A DNA stretch of 64,000 nucleotides from Rebecca billardiae RCC1528. Its lineage: Eukaryota; Protista; Haptophyta. Under the pieces are notes generated by a model. That model had not been told where the DNA came from. It did not search any database and saw only the letters and a program-made list of their open reading frames with translations. Below are positions 52,795-63,206 of the stretch, in pieces. Where the stretch lies: positions 1,054,001-1,118,000 of the forward strand of contig OZ251244.1 in the NCBI GenBank assembly GCA_965240325.2, written 5' to 3'. Both the position numbers and the translations under genes were made by a program. Position 1 is the stretch's first letter, and each line of letters starts with the position of its first letter.

Positions 52795-54830
52795 TTCTGG
52801 TGAACACAGCTTTAAACAATTTTAATTCGTGAGAAAGCCCTGGGAGACCCAGCTCCGACCCCCTTTCGCAGCTGCGGCCTGCTGCACCTCCGGTCCCGCG
52901 TCCTCCCCCGGCGCGGCCATCACCGTCGTGCGGCATGGATCGCGTCCGCCACAGTCCCGCGATTTTCCGAAAAACCGGCGGCCGATTTTTCGGAAAATCC
53001 TTACCACCAAACCCCCGGCCCGAGTAGCCAACGCCTTCTGCAGCGTCGGGGGCGAGCAGCAGTCGCCCACGGGTCTCGCTCGCTCGGGCTCGCCGAGGGC
53101 TCGCCGAGCGTTTTTTGCGCGCGCTGCCGCTGATGAGGCGGAGTCGGAACGTGCATTTGCGAGTCGTGTTGCATGTGGCCGAAACGCCATTTGTGTTTTC
53201 ATACCTTCTCCTATGGAATTGCGCCATCCAGGGCGGGAGATGCGAATCTGTGTCGCTGGAACGCCCTTGCGCACCGATCTGGTCCGATCTCGGGTAGCCT
53301 AGGAGTCGTGTGAAGTTCAGAGCGCGTCATTGTCGCGCAGTGGGTACAAAATATCGGTTACGTCTTGCTCGTCACGTCCTTGTGCAGCATTATGACCGAC
53401 CCTGAGCCTATGACCGACCCTGAACCCGATTCCAGAGCGTATGTGCGCTGGCGGCTGGCGATACCCTACACCGCCTCCTGATGATCGCTTGTGCGCTCAC
53501 GGGCGTGCGACTTTTCTATGTCCACACCCTAACCTGATTCCACGCTCTTGTGTGCGCTGGCGGCTTGTGTTTACCCTAAACCGCCTCCTCCTAGTGTCGC
53601 GTGTGCGCCTGCAATAATTCGGGAACGGCTACCCGTCATCGACTTTTCATAGTATAAAGTGTGTAAACAATTTTAATTCGTGAGAAAGCCCTGGGAGACC
53701 CAGCTCCGACCCCCTTTAATTCATAATTGGTGTGACGTACTGCTGTCCCAAGTAATACCTGAGTAGGAATACGAAGAATGCGGCCTCAAACGTTTTTGGA
53801 TTAGGCACGCCTCGGGAATCGAGAACGCATGTCGTTACCTTTTTGAGCGCGCGCCATAGGGATGTCGTTGCGATTCCCACCTATTTGTTGACGCTTTTCT
53901 ACGACCATCCGCTCCCCAAGCATAAAGTCGAGGAACCGCGACGCACGAGTGCGTTCGCCGCCGCGCCGCGTGCGCTCGGCACACACGATTGAGTATGACG
54001 GACGAGCGCGCGCTGCTGCAGGAGGCGAACAAGGCCGCGCGCGACACGCAGATAGCGCTCAGCCGGCGTGGCTCGACGACGCTGCCGGCACTCGCGCTCG
54101 CACATGCGCGCGACGAGGATCAGCTGTCCGCGGGCCTCCGCCGAACCCAGCGCCAGAATCCCAGATGCCATCGTCGGCGTCGCGAGGAACTGCGCCAATC
54201 TGGCGGAGATCCAGCGGCACGTGGCGGCGATCAAGCAGCCGCAACCGCATCAGATGACGTGCACGAACGGGCTCATGGAGAAGCTCGTACCACAAGCCTA
54301 CCATACTAGCCACCCGCTCGCCGACTTGCCCGACTACTACTCGCCCTGGCTCGTCCGTCACCCGCGCCGCCCGCGGCTCGCGGCGCCATCGCGGAGGTGC
54401 GTGCCCGCCGGCGCGAGCTGCACAACACAACATGCACACCGACGCGAGCCGTTGTACCACGTCGTGCCCGACGGGCCGTGCTCAGCGACGGCTGCAGGAG
54501 TCTACGCTGGCCGGAAGTCGGTTGTGCCCTGCGGCCTGCCGGCCTGCGCCGCTCGCCCCGCTCCTGCAGTCGCCCCGCGCCTGCAGACCGGTGGGCCATC
54601 CGCGGTGCGTGCCGTTGCCGTGCCGTCGTGCCCGAGCGGCCGTGCGCAGCGACGACTGCATCGACGCGCGCCTCGCCGTGCGCCTCACTGTGGGCCTTGC
54701 AGAACTGCACAGAAGTGCCGCGCTGCCGCGCCTGGCTTAATCGCACGCGCGACGGTGGCGCGCCACCGGATGATACCGTCCGTCAGCGCTGAACTACGGC
54801 CAACTCGTCCCATCGTCGTCGGGTCTGCCG
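52795..54830 (+). repeat. Second copy of the 17-kb dispersed repeat, interrupted by a segment bounded by 54-bp direct repeats
   Basis: Exact 54-bp repeat at 52813-52866 and 53664-53717; homology to 17005-18060 on both sides. Confidence 0.85.
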
Positions 54831-54873
54831 GCCATGGGAAGCTTCTCCGTCGCGTCCTAGACGCGCTGTGTAC

Positions 54874-56450
54874 AAGGTTGTCGTCTGGGAATCCGGACGC
54901 CGCCCACCAAACCGTTCAAACAGCATGGCGCCGCCGCCCGGCGCACGCGCAAGGACGCGCCGAAGGAGGACCTGGGCGTGATATGCCGCGATCTCGCGCG
55001 CGAGGCGGTGCGCGTGAGGACCATGCGCACCCGAAGAGACCTCACAGACGCGCGCGACATGGACAACGACCAGCGCAAGGTGTCTGAGTCGATGGCCGAG
55101 GCCGAGAAGTGCCGGCACGCCGTCAACGGCGACGACAAGTGGATCAAGCAGGCGAACACCACCGTCAAGCACGAGCGAGAGGTCATCCGGGATGGCGGCA
55201 AGCTCCGTACGGCGTATCTCGAAGGCGCCGCCGCACTCATCGCGCGCTGTGCTAAGTGCAGCCGCATGGCTGAGGCTCCCGAGGGGCTGCGCTCGCTTGC
55301 GTCGTCCCACGACGGAGGGCACAACATCGATACGGGCGGGCTCAACACCGCCAACCGCCCGTCGGGGCAGGCCGACGAGACCCATCAGCACGCGGTGTAC
55401 TCATCGGATGCGCTCGGCGCACTCTCAGGCCGTGTTGGGCGCCCACGCGCGCGCGCGTGCTGCCACGAGCACCACGACAAGCCTACACGTGCACTCGGCG
55501 GCCTGCGCGCGAGCCCTGGTGCGCCAAATCCTATAGTCGGATTGCCTCAGGATCGTGCTCGCCGTGGAGTTTTGTAACGAAATCCGGGCTCGCGCGGGCT
55601 CCGGCCGCAATCCATCAACAAAATTCGGAATATTGTCCCTAAATACGTTTTGATTATGATATTTTGGCCAAATCTGGCATTTTCGTGGAATAATTCCGAA
55701 TTTTGTCGATGGATTGCGGCCGGAGCCCGCGCGAGCCCGGATTTCGTTACAAAACTCCACGGCGAGCACGATCCTGAGGCAATCCGACTATAGGATTTGG
55801 CGCACCAGGGCTCGCGCGCAGGCCGCCGAGTGCACGTGTAGGCTTGTCGTGGTGCTCGTGGCAGCACGCGCGCGCGCGTGGGCGCCCAACACGGCCTGAG
55901 AGTGCGCCGAGCGCATCCGATGAGTACACCGCGTGCTTATGGGTCTCGTCGGCCTGCCCCGACGGGCGGTTGGCGGTGTTGAGCCCGCCCGTATCGATGT
56001 TGTGCCCTCCGTCGTGGGACGACGCAAGCGAGCGCAGCCCCTCGGGAGCCTCAGCCATGCGGCTGCACTTAGCACAGCGCGCGATGAGTGCGGCGGCGCC
56101 TTCGAGATACGCCGTACGGAGCTTGCCGCCATCCCGAATGACCTCTCGCTCGTGCTTGACGGTGGTGTTCGCCTGCTTGATCCACTTGTCGTCGCCGTTG
56201 ACGGCGTGCCGGCACTTCTCGGCCTCGGCCATCGACTCAGACACCTTGCGCTGGTCGTTGTCCATGTCGCGCGCGTCTGTGAGGTCTCTCGGGTGTGCAT
56301 GGTCCTCACGCGCACCGCCTCGCGCGCGAGATCGCGGCATATCACGCCCAGGTCCTCCTTCGGCGCGTCCTTGCGCGTGCGCCGGGCGGCGGCGCCATGC
56401 TGTTTGAACGGTTTGGTGGGCGGCGTCCCGGATTCCCAGACGACAACCTT
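54874..56450. repeat. Long palindrome: ~758-bp arms (54874-55631 / 55693-56450) with a 61-bp AT-rich spacer
   Basis: The arms are reverse complements with only a few substitutions and indels. The track shows mirror ORFs 54978-55577(+) and 55747-56340(-). Confidence 0.96.
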
Positions 56451-56580
56451 AAGGCGTGATTGACGCCATCCAACACTGCACAAAGACACCGCCACAAAAC
56501 ACAGTATGTTTTAACGTGCACACTTGGTTAAGGCGTGATTGACGCCATCCAACACTGCACAAAGACACCGCCACAAAACA
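56449..56580 (+). repeat. Two exact 53-bp direct repeats separated by 26 bp
   Basis: ttaaggcgtgattgacgccatccaacactgcacaaagacaccgccacaaaaca at 56449-56501 and 56528-56580. Confidence 0.92.
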
Positions 56581-57284
56581 GACCGGCGCAGGCAGGTAAG
56601 GGTAGGGTAGGGCTCCGGCAGGGCGCGGGGCGACGCGAGTGAGCCTCGGTCGCGGCAAGCTTGGTGGCGACCTCTCCTCCGGCGCCAGTCGGGGCGTGGC
56701 GACGCACGCGCAACCGGTTCCTCCTGGCGAGGCGGACCAAGGGCGGCGGCGGACCAAAGCCGCGGCTCGGCGTCGACGGGTGAAGCGTTCCGTCTGCACT
56801 CACCCTCGCCGCCGAGCCGCGGCTTTGAAGATACGCAGGCGGGGCGGGGCGACGCCCGCTGGGCTGGCGAGCTTGAGCAGGGCGCGGACCGTGAGGCAGC
56901 GGTGCGGTGGTGCCGGCTGGCGGCAGGGCAGGGCCAGGGACCGGCGCAGAATAACCTGGGCAGCTGCATGGCCCTGCTTGGCCGGCGCTTCGCCTCGGCG
57001 CTTCGCCTCGGCCGAATCCTGCGGCACGCCAACGCCTTGATCGAAGGCGATGGCCAGGATGCTGCGCGTTTGCGAGGCCCTGCTCAGCCGCCAGCCCGCG
57101 GCACCACCGCGCCGCGCGCCTTGTCGTGCCGTGCCCTCATGACTGTGTACCCGGGTGACGAGACGGCCGGTGCCCGGTGGCAGGCAGGTGGCTCACCGCC
57201 CGCGCAGCCCTGCCTGTGTGCAGCCGGCTCGATCGGCGGATCTCGCGTCGGCCACCGGTGTGCTCGCTCGCGCCTCGTCCGGCC

Positions 57285-58646
57285 ATGGGGGCGCTCGTGC
57301 TCGTGCTCGCGCTTGGCGTGGCGTCGAGCGCGCGGCCACCGCATGCTCGCACCGCGGCCCTCGCGCCTCGCATGCGCGTGCCCATCCGCCCGCGCTCGCG
57401 TGCCGTCGGCTTCGACGCGCACCACCGCGCTGGCGCCGCGGCGCTGCGCCGGCTCGCGCCGCCGCCGGCGCGCGCCGCCGGGCTCGCGTGGTCGAGCGCC
57501 GCGCCCGGGCGCATGGTGCCTTCGGACGAGTACGCGCCGCGCACGTTCATCGACCTCTCCCTGCTCGCGATCCTCGTCGGCAACCAGCTCGCCATCGGCC
57601 TGCCCGCGCTCGCGCTCGGCGGCGCGCGCGTCTTCTTCGGCCGCACGGCGTTCGGCGTCGCGGCCACGTGGCTCGGCGGCCTGCTGAGCGCCGTGCCGCT
57701 CATCGCGCTCGGCCGCGCGATCGAGCGCTCCCGCTCGGAGGCCGTGATCGACATCAACTGGGCGACCAGCCTCCTCGCCCTCAAGCTCTTCGGCTACTCG
57801 CAGCAGCCGCTCGTCGCCGCGGCCGTATGCGCAGCTCTCGCTTCGCTCGTCGGCGTCGTGGAGGAGGTGCTGTTCCGCGGGCTGCTGCTCGGCGGCCTGA
57901 AGGCGTGGCTGGTGGGCGGGCTCGGCGCGCCCGCCGCGCTCGGCGCCGCGCTCGGCACCGCGCTCTCCGCCGCGCTCTTCGCCGCTCTGCACTTGAACCC
58001 GCGCCAGGTGCGACCGTCGGCCGAGGCGGCAGTCACTCTTGGTCTGCAGTTCACCACGGGCGCGTGGCTCGGCGTGGTGGCGCAGACGCCGCGGCTGGGC
58101 GGGCTGGGCGGCGCGATCATCGCGCACGCGCTGTACGACTTCTGCACCTTCTACGCCACCCACCTCGCCGTCACCTCCCAGTACGAGTACGCGCGCGTTG
58201 AGGCGCGGCGCGACATGTCCGACTCGATCGCCGCCGCGCGCTGGGCGCAGTCGCACCCGCTGCAGGCGCAGTTCGTGCGCGACGCGGCGTACCTCTTCCA
58301 CTTCTGCGACGCCGACCGGAACCTCGGCGTCGCGCCGCACGAGGTGATCGCCGGGCTGCGCACGTACGGCGTGCGCCTCTCCGCGCCCGATCTGCGCGAG
58401 CGCTGGCGCGCCGCAGCCGTCGGCTCCGCTGGCGGAGCGGACGCGGCCGCCGACGCGGCGGCCGTTGGCCGCGCGGCGCAGCAGCCGCCTCCGGCCGAGC
58501 TCCCGGCGGAGCTCTCGTTCGAGCAGTACCTCGACTTCCTGTGGGAGGTGCGCCTGTCGCTCACGCGCGAGACGAGCACGCTCCGCGACGAGGCCGTGCG
58601 CGGCGTCGAGCAGAAGGGGCTGCTGGGACTAAGGCCGACGCAGTGA
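57285..58646 (+). CDS. CPBP/Abi (type II CAAX protease-like) intramembrane protease with a C-terminal EF-hand-like region; probable plastid presequence
   Basis: EEVLFRG, FAALH and AHALYDF motifs; FHFCDADRNLGVAPHEV…LSFEQYL. Leader MGALVLVLALGVASSA. Confidence 0.85.
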   Translation: MGALVLVLALGVASSARPPHARTAALAPRMRVPIRPRSRAVGFDAHHRAGAAALRRLAPPPARAAGLAWSSAAPGRMVPSDEYAPRTFIDLSLLAILVGNQLAIGLPALALGGARVFFGRTAFGVAATWLGGLLSAVPLIALGRAIERSRSEAVIDINWATSLLALKLFGYSQQPLVAAAVCAALASLVGVVEEVLFRGLLLGGLKAWLVGGLGAPAALGAALGTALSAALFAALHLNPRQVRPSAEAAVTLGLQFTTGAWLGVVAQTPRLGGLGGAIIAHALYDFCTFYATHLAVTSQYEYARVEARRDMSDSIAAARWAQSHPLQAQFVRDAAYLFHFCDADRNLGVAPHEVIAGLRTYGVRLSAPDLRERWRAAAVGSAGGADAAADAAAVGRAAQQPPPAELPAELSFEQYLDFLWEVRLSLTRETSTLRDEAVRGVEQKGLLGLRPTQ

Positions 58647-59308
58647 CGCCATCGCCCATCCGATGAGTGCGAAGCGCGTTTGCCCAACTGACTGTTCATT
58701 CGGTGGGTGTACGTTGTGTTAGTGCGCGTGCGTGCGTGCGTGCGTGCGTGCGTGGCGGGATTCGTCGTGACGGCAAGTGCTGCAGCAGCCTGTGGCTATG
58801 GCCGTGACTTGCGGCCGCTACTGCCGTACCACTGGCTAATAATACGCGGCCTACGCCCTGAGGCCTGACTCGAGTACGACGCCGCGGGCTACGCCTACGG
58901 GGCCCAACGCCCGCCCGCCGGGCGCCAGGCGCTGGCTTCAGTCGGGGACGAGCCTGGGACCGTACGACCTCACGGGACCTGGGCGCCGCCGCAGCGGTCA
59001 TGACTTAATGCCGGGGCGCAGACTGCTGACTGCGCGGGCATTAATAATATGGTATTACTACTTGTTTCAATGACTGTCTTATTGCGCAACCTCACTACCT
59101 CAGTCCTCAGCATCCGGAGTTTCCATATCAGGCTTCCGGCCGGTCCGGACCAGGGGCGGCGGCGCGGTGCTGCAAGACGGCCTGAAAACTGGGCAGAAAG
59201 CCCCAGTCTGACTGAGCACGAATTCATTCCGACGGCCCGTGTCTTGCACTGATCTGACGGCCGGCCGCTGCAGGCGCGCGGTGGGCAGGGAGACGCTCTC
59301 GCCGTACC

Positions 59309-59800
59309 ATGTCCTTCGACCTCTTCTCTGCCACTCCCGCGACTGACACCTTCGACGAGCTCGACGTCGACGAGTTCTTTGGGATCGAGAAGCAAATACT
59401 CGGTAGCTGCAAGGAGCCGTCGAGCATGACTCCGGACGACTTCACTCAGGAGTGCTGCGGCATGAAGGATCTCATGGGCTTCGTCATCGTCAACGCCCAG
59501 ACCAGGTGCAAAGGCAGCAAAAAGAGAGGCTACTACGTCACGATCAAGTGCCTCGCGGCCGGCTGGCCGGGGCCGATTGCCAAGTGGAAGGTTGACAGCT
59601 GCAAGAAAAAGTAGTTACAGCTGCTGCACCGCGCACGTCCTGCACGGCGAACGACGATGCTGGCATGCATCCGCCGCTCTCAAGGACCACGCGTGCCCTG
59701 GGATCCAGACCTTCATCGCGACATACGTGACCCAAACCACCCAAAGCGCAAAGGCTACCTTGGCCAGCTACCGCGCCATCCGCGGCACACGGCCACCCGG
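59309..59800 (+). pseudogene. Frameshifted SWIM-zinc-finger-like ORF, possibly a transposon relic
   Basis: …RGYYVTIKC…WKVDSCKKK* continues in the +1 frame as YSCCTAHVLHGERRCWHASAAL (C…CxH). The break lies in an A-run at ~59603-59614. Confidence 0.4.
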
Positions 59801-60425
59801 CAAGCTGGCAGCAGCGCTACTTTTGACGTCGATGATCGGACTACTGGTCATGTCGGTGCTCGGGGGGCATGAGCTCCGGGGCGCATGTGCGTGACCGAGA
59901 CGAGCCACTGCGCTCGGCCGAAGCCTCATGGCCGCACTGCGGCCTGATGTGGCACCGCCTGCTGATCAGCCCGCCGCGGCGCATCATTCAATGCGCGGCG
60001 CGGCCGGGGCCTGATCAGCAGGCGTCAGCGGGGCCCGTGTGGCGTGTGTCTGTCGGCGGCTCCGTGGACGCGTGCACTCGGCTCGTCGGCGAGGGAGTGC
60101 CGCATATATATATATATATGCTGGACGACTACTGGAGCCCCCTCGTCCCCTCTCCCGTCTCCGGCCGGCGTAGTGGACTACCGGTACGACTCAGCTCGAT
60201 ACGGTTCGGAGCAGCGCCGGTTTACAGTGAGCAGTCGCCGAGTCACACTCAGTCGGCCCCTGCTGCGCCGGCGGCCGCGCCGCGCCGCGCCGGCGCCGCG
60301 GCGCCCGCGGGCCCGGTCAGTCCGGCCATGCAGCAACTCATATCAGCAGCCTCGTCATCATGATCAGTCTATAAATCTGACGCGGGCGACGCTTCGGTCG
60401 TCGTATAGCTAGGCTTCGTCGATCA

Positions 60426-63206
60426 TCATCGATCATCAGTCGTCCGCGCGGTCGGAGCGTCGGTACTCTGCCGCCAGCGATAGGCTGGGGGCGGGTGAGA
60501 CCGGCGCGCGGGCGACGACGCACCCGACGCCGTCGTCACGACGCTCATGCAGCGCGGCACGTGCGCGAGCGAAGAGGCCGACTTGCGCCAGCCGCTCTCA
60601 CCGCTGAGCAGAGCGCGCGCGCGCTGCTCGGCCGAGGCGACGGGCGAGCCGGAGCGGCACGCCTCGGCGTCGGCGGTGCCCGCCGCGCCGTTGGCCATCA
60701 CCTCGAGCAGGGCGGCGCGCACCGCGCGGTTGAACGTGTCGTAGCTGCCGAAGCCCGCCTCGATGGTCGTGAGGAGCGAGGCCTCGTCCGCGCGCTCGTG
60801 CGCGCGCGCCTCGCGCACGTCAAACTGGCCAATCGCGCCGCGCCACTCGGCGAGCACGCGCGCCTCCGCCGCGGCCTGCGGCTGCGCCGCCGCCTGCGCC
60901 GTGGGGAGCGGCTGGGGCGGCTCGGTCGCGGAGGCGCGCGGCGAGGGCGCATCTGAGCGCGCGCTCGGCCTCGCCGCTACCACCGGCTGCACGGCCGCGC
61001 CTCGACCGGACGCCCCGCTCAGCAGTGGCCGCACGACCGCATGAGGTGCTGGCTGAGTCGGGCGCGAGCCCGCCGCCGCGCAACCGTCGCGCGCGCCCTC
61101 GGCGCGCGTGCCCTCGCCGCCCGCGGGCGCGCTCGCGCCCGCGTTCGAGCCTGTCGGCAAGCCCTCACACTGAGCGTGGAGCGTTGCGGGGGTGTCATCC
61201 GGGCCGTGGGTCCGGGTCTGCAGGCCCGGACTTACGGCGTTCGAGCTGCGGCGCAAGACGGAGACGCGGCGCGTCGCTGCGCCCGCAGACGCGGACGAGC
61301 GTCGCGACTCTCGGCGGAAGCGCAAGGACGAGCGGCGGCGCTCGCGCGCCGGCTCGGGCAGCGGCAGCAGCAGCAGCGCGATCGCCTCTCGCCGGCCGCC
61401 CATCTCGAGGAACACGAATCTGCATATGGGGTTGGGGTGACGGGCTAGGGTTAGGGTGCTTAGGGTCAGGGATTGTGGGCGGGCCGCCGGGGCGACGCGC
61501 CGGCGCGAGCGGCGAGCGGCGAGCGGCGCGCGACGCGCGGCCGCGTCGGCGGCGTGGCGCGGCGCGGCGCGGCGCGCGCGCGGCGTGTGCGGCGCGCACA
61601 GTTCCGTCACGCACCACAGCCGGCTGCGGGCGGGCGAGCGAGGCGCGGGCCGGGCCGTCCGCGACGGCGGCGCGGCGCGGGCGGAGCGGGCGGACGCGTG
61701 AGCGGGGCGCGGATGAGCGGCGGCGCGCGGGCGCGCGTCGGGCGCAGGCAGGCGGCGCACGAGAGGTAGCTGGGGCCGGCGATGGCGACGAGCGCGTTGC
61801 AGCTCGCGAGGAAGACCGGCAGCGCGAGCAGCGACGCCCTGATGTCCGATTGGTCGATGCTGCGGCGCAAGCGGCGCGAGCGCACGGACCAAGGGCGCGC
61901 GTGGGCGCCGTTGGCGCCCACGCGCGGCGCGGCGGCGCGCGGGCGGGCGCGGCGCGAGCGGCGCGGCGCGCACCAGTACTTGTCGAGCCAGACCATCGGC
62001 TCGCGCCCATGCCGCGCCCTGAAAGCCTGCCGCCACGCCTGCAGCGCCGCCCACTTGCCCTCCGGGTCGTCCTGCCAGCTGCGCACCGCCGCGCGTCCGG
62101 CCGCGCGCGCGCCGCGCGTCGGGCCGCGCGCCCGCGCGCGCAGCGCGGCGCGCGGCGCGCGGCGCGGCGCGCGCGCACGAGTGCGAGATGAACGCGTCGA
62201 TGCGGCCGGCTGTCGCCGGCCGCGAGAGCGCGAAGAGTCCGGGGTCCGGCTGCGGCGACTGGAGGTCCGACAGGGTCAGCACGGAGAGCGGGACGGCCCT
62301 CAGCCCCTCGCGCCCGAGGCTCGCCGCCTCCTCGGCCGACGCGCCGCCGAGCAGCGCGGCGATGCCGGCGGCGGCGGAGACGGTCTCGCCGCGCGAGAGC
62401 AGCCAGCCGTGCACCCGCCGCCGGTTCGCCGGCTGCAGCAGGAAGGCGCCGATCGCGATCAACTCGACGCCAAAGATGACTCGCAGCCACGACACCGCGA
62501 GCACGCCGCCGCCGAGCCCGCCGCCGCCGGCCGCGGTGGCGGGCACGACGAGCTCAGGGCGGAAGGCGTGCACGGCGGCGATGCCGAGGGCTCCCGTGCA
62601 ACCGACCAGCACCGCCACGACGAGCAGCCCGAGGCCCATCGTGTGCCACAGCCGGTCGAGTTGGTCGCGCGGGTGGAGGCGTGCGGCGGCGCCCGCCGCC
62701 ACCCAGCCGGCGATCGCGGCTGAGTCGGCAGCGATGAAGAAGCGGAGCACGTAGATGGCGACGGTGTACCGGCAAGGGAGCGGTCCAAACGCGTGGCTCT
62801 CGCACGTCGGCGGCAGCTCGCGGCGGAACGCGCTCGCCTCGAAGGCCACGGCGGCGACGACCGCGACAAGCGTCACGGTGATCGTCGCGCTCGCCGCGCC
62901 GACGAGCCGCGGCGAGGTGGGCGGCACGGCGAGGAGGAGGCAGACGAGCGCGGGGGCGATGCCGAGAAAGAAGTAGCTGTAGAGCGCCTCGCTCTCGCTG
63001 TCCAGCCCCGAGCTGAGCATCATTGCGAGCCCGCCGGAGAGGCACCCAAGCGCGAGCCCGCCGCCGAGCAGCGCGAGCGGCAGCTGCACGCGCACGCCAA
63101 AGGCGCGGCCCTGGCGGTGGGCCGCGTCGAGCCGGCTGCGGATCGAGGCGGAGTGCGCCTGCCCGCGCACCGACGACGTCGCGGGCGACCCCGGCGGCTC
63201 TTCCAT
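60426..63206 (-). CDS. Multi-pass membrane protein with a TIR-like domain; exons 63206-62179, 62078-61974, 61859-61761, 61623-61600, 61419-60426
   Basis: About 6-7 TM helices, then spliced IDAFISHSWQDD…VWLDKYCIDQ…LPVFLASCNALVAIAGPSYLSRLWCVTELFVF, and C-terminal FD…LLTTIEAGFGSYDTFN. Four GT-AG introns, each keeping the frame. Confidence 0.85.
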   Translation of the reverse strand: MEEPPGSPATSSVRGQAHSASIRSRLDAAHRQGRAFGVRVQLPLALLGGGLALGCLSGGLAMMLSSGLDSESEALYSYFFLGIAPALVCLLLAVPPTSPRLVGAASATITVTLVAVVAAVAFEASAFRRELPPTCESHAFGPLPCRYTVAIYVLRFFIAADSAAIAGWVAAGAAARLHPRDQLDRLWHTMGLGLLVVAVLVGCTGALGIAAVHAFRPELVVPATAAGGGGLGGGVLAVSWLRVIFGVELIAIGAFLLQPANRRRVHGWLLSRGETVSAAAGIAALLGGASAEEAASLGREGLRAVPLSVLTLSDLQSPQPDPGLFALSRPATAGRIDAFISHSCARAAPRAARRAARAGARPDARRARGRTRGGAQLAGRPGGQVGGAAGVAAGFQGAAWARADGLARQVLVRAAPLAPRPPARRRAARGRQRRPRAPLVRALAPLAPQHRPIGHQGVAARAAGLPRELQRARRHRRPQLPLVRRLPAPDARPRAAAHPRPAHASARSARAAPPSRTARPAPRSPARSRLWCVTELCAPHTPRARRAAPRHAADAAARRAPLAARRSRRRVAPAARPQSLTLSTLTLARHPNPICRFVFLEMGGRREAIALLLLPLPEPARERRRSSLRFRRESRRSSASAGAATRRVSVLRRSSNAVSPGLQTRTHGPDDTPATLHAQCEGLPTGSNAGASAPAGGEGTRAEGARDGCAAAGSRPTQPAPHAVVRPLLSGASGRGAAVQPVVAARPSARSDAPSPRASATEPPQPLPTAQAAAQPQAAAEARVLAEWRGAIGQFDVREARAHERADEASLLTTIEAGFGSYDTFNRAVRAALLEVMANGAAGTADAEACRSGSPVASAEQRARALLSGESGWRKSASSLAHVPRCMSVVTTASGASSPARRSHPPPAYRWRQSTDAPTARTTDDR

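Noticed and set aside
56449-56580. Mini-CRISPR
   Set aside because: Only two repeats, 53 bp long, with no cas genes; kept as a plain repeat.
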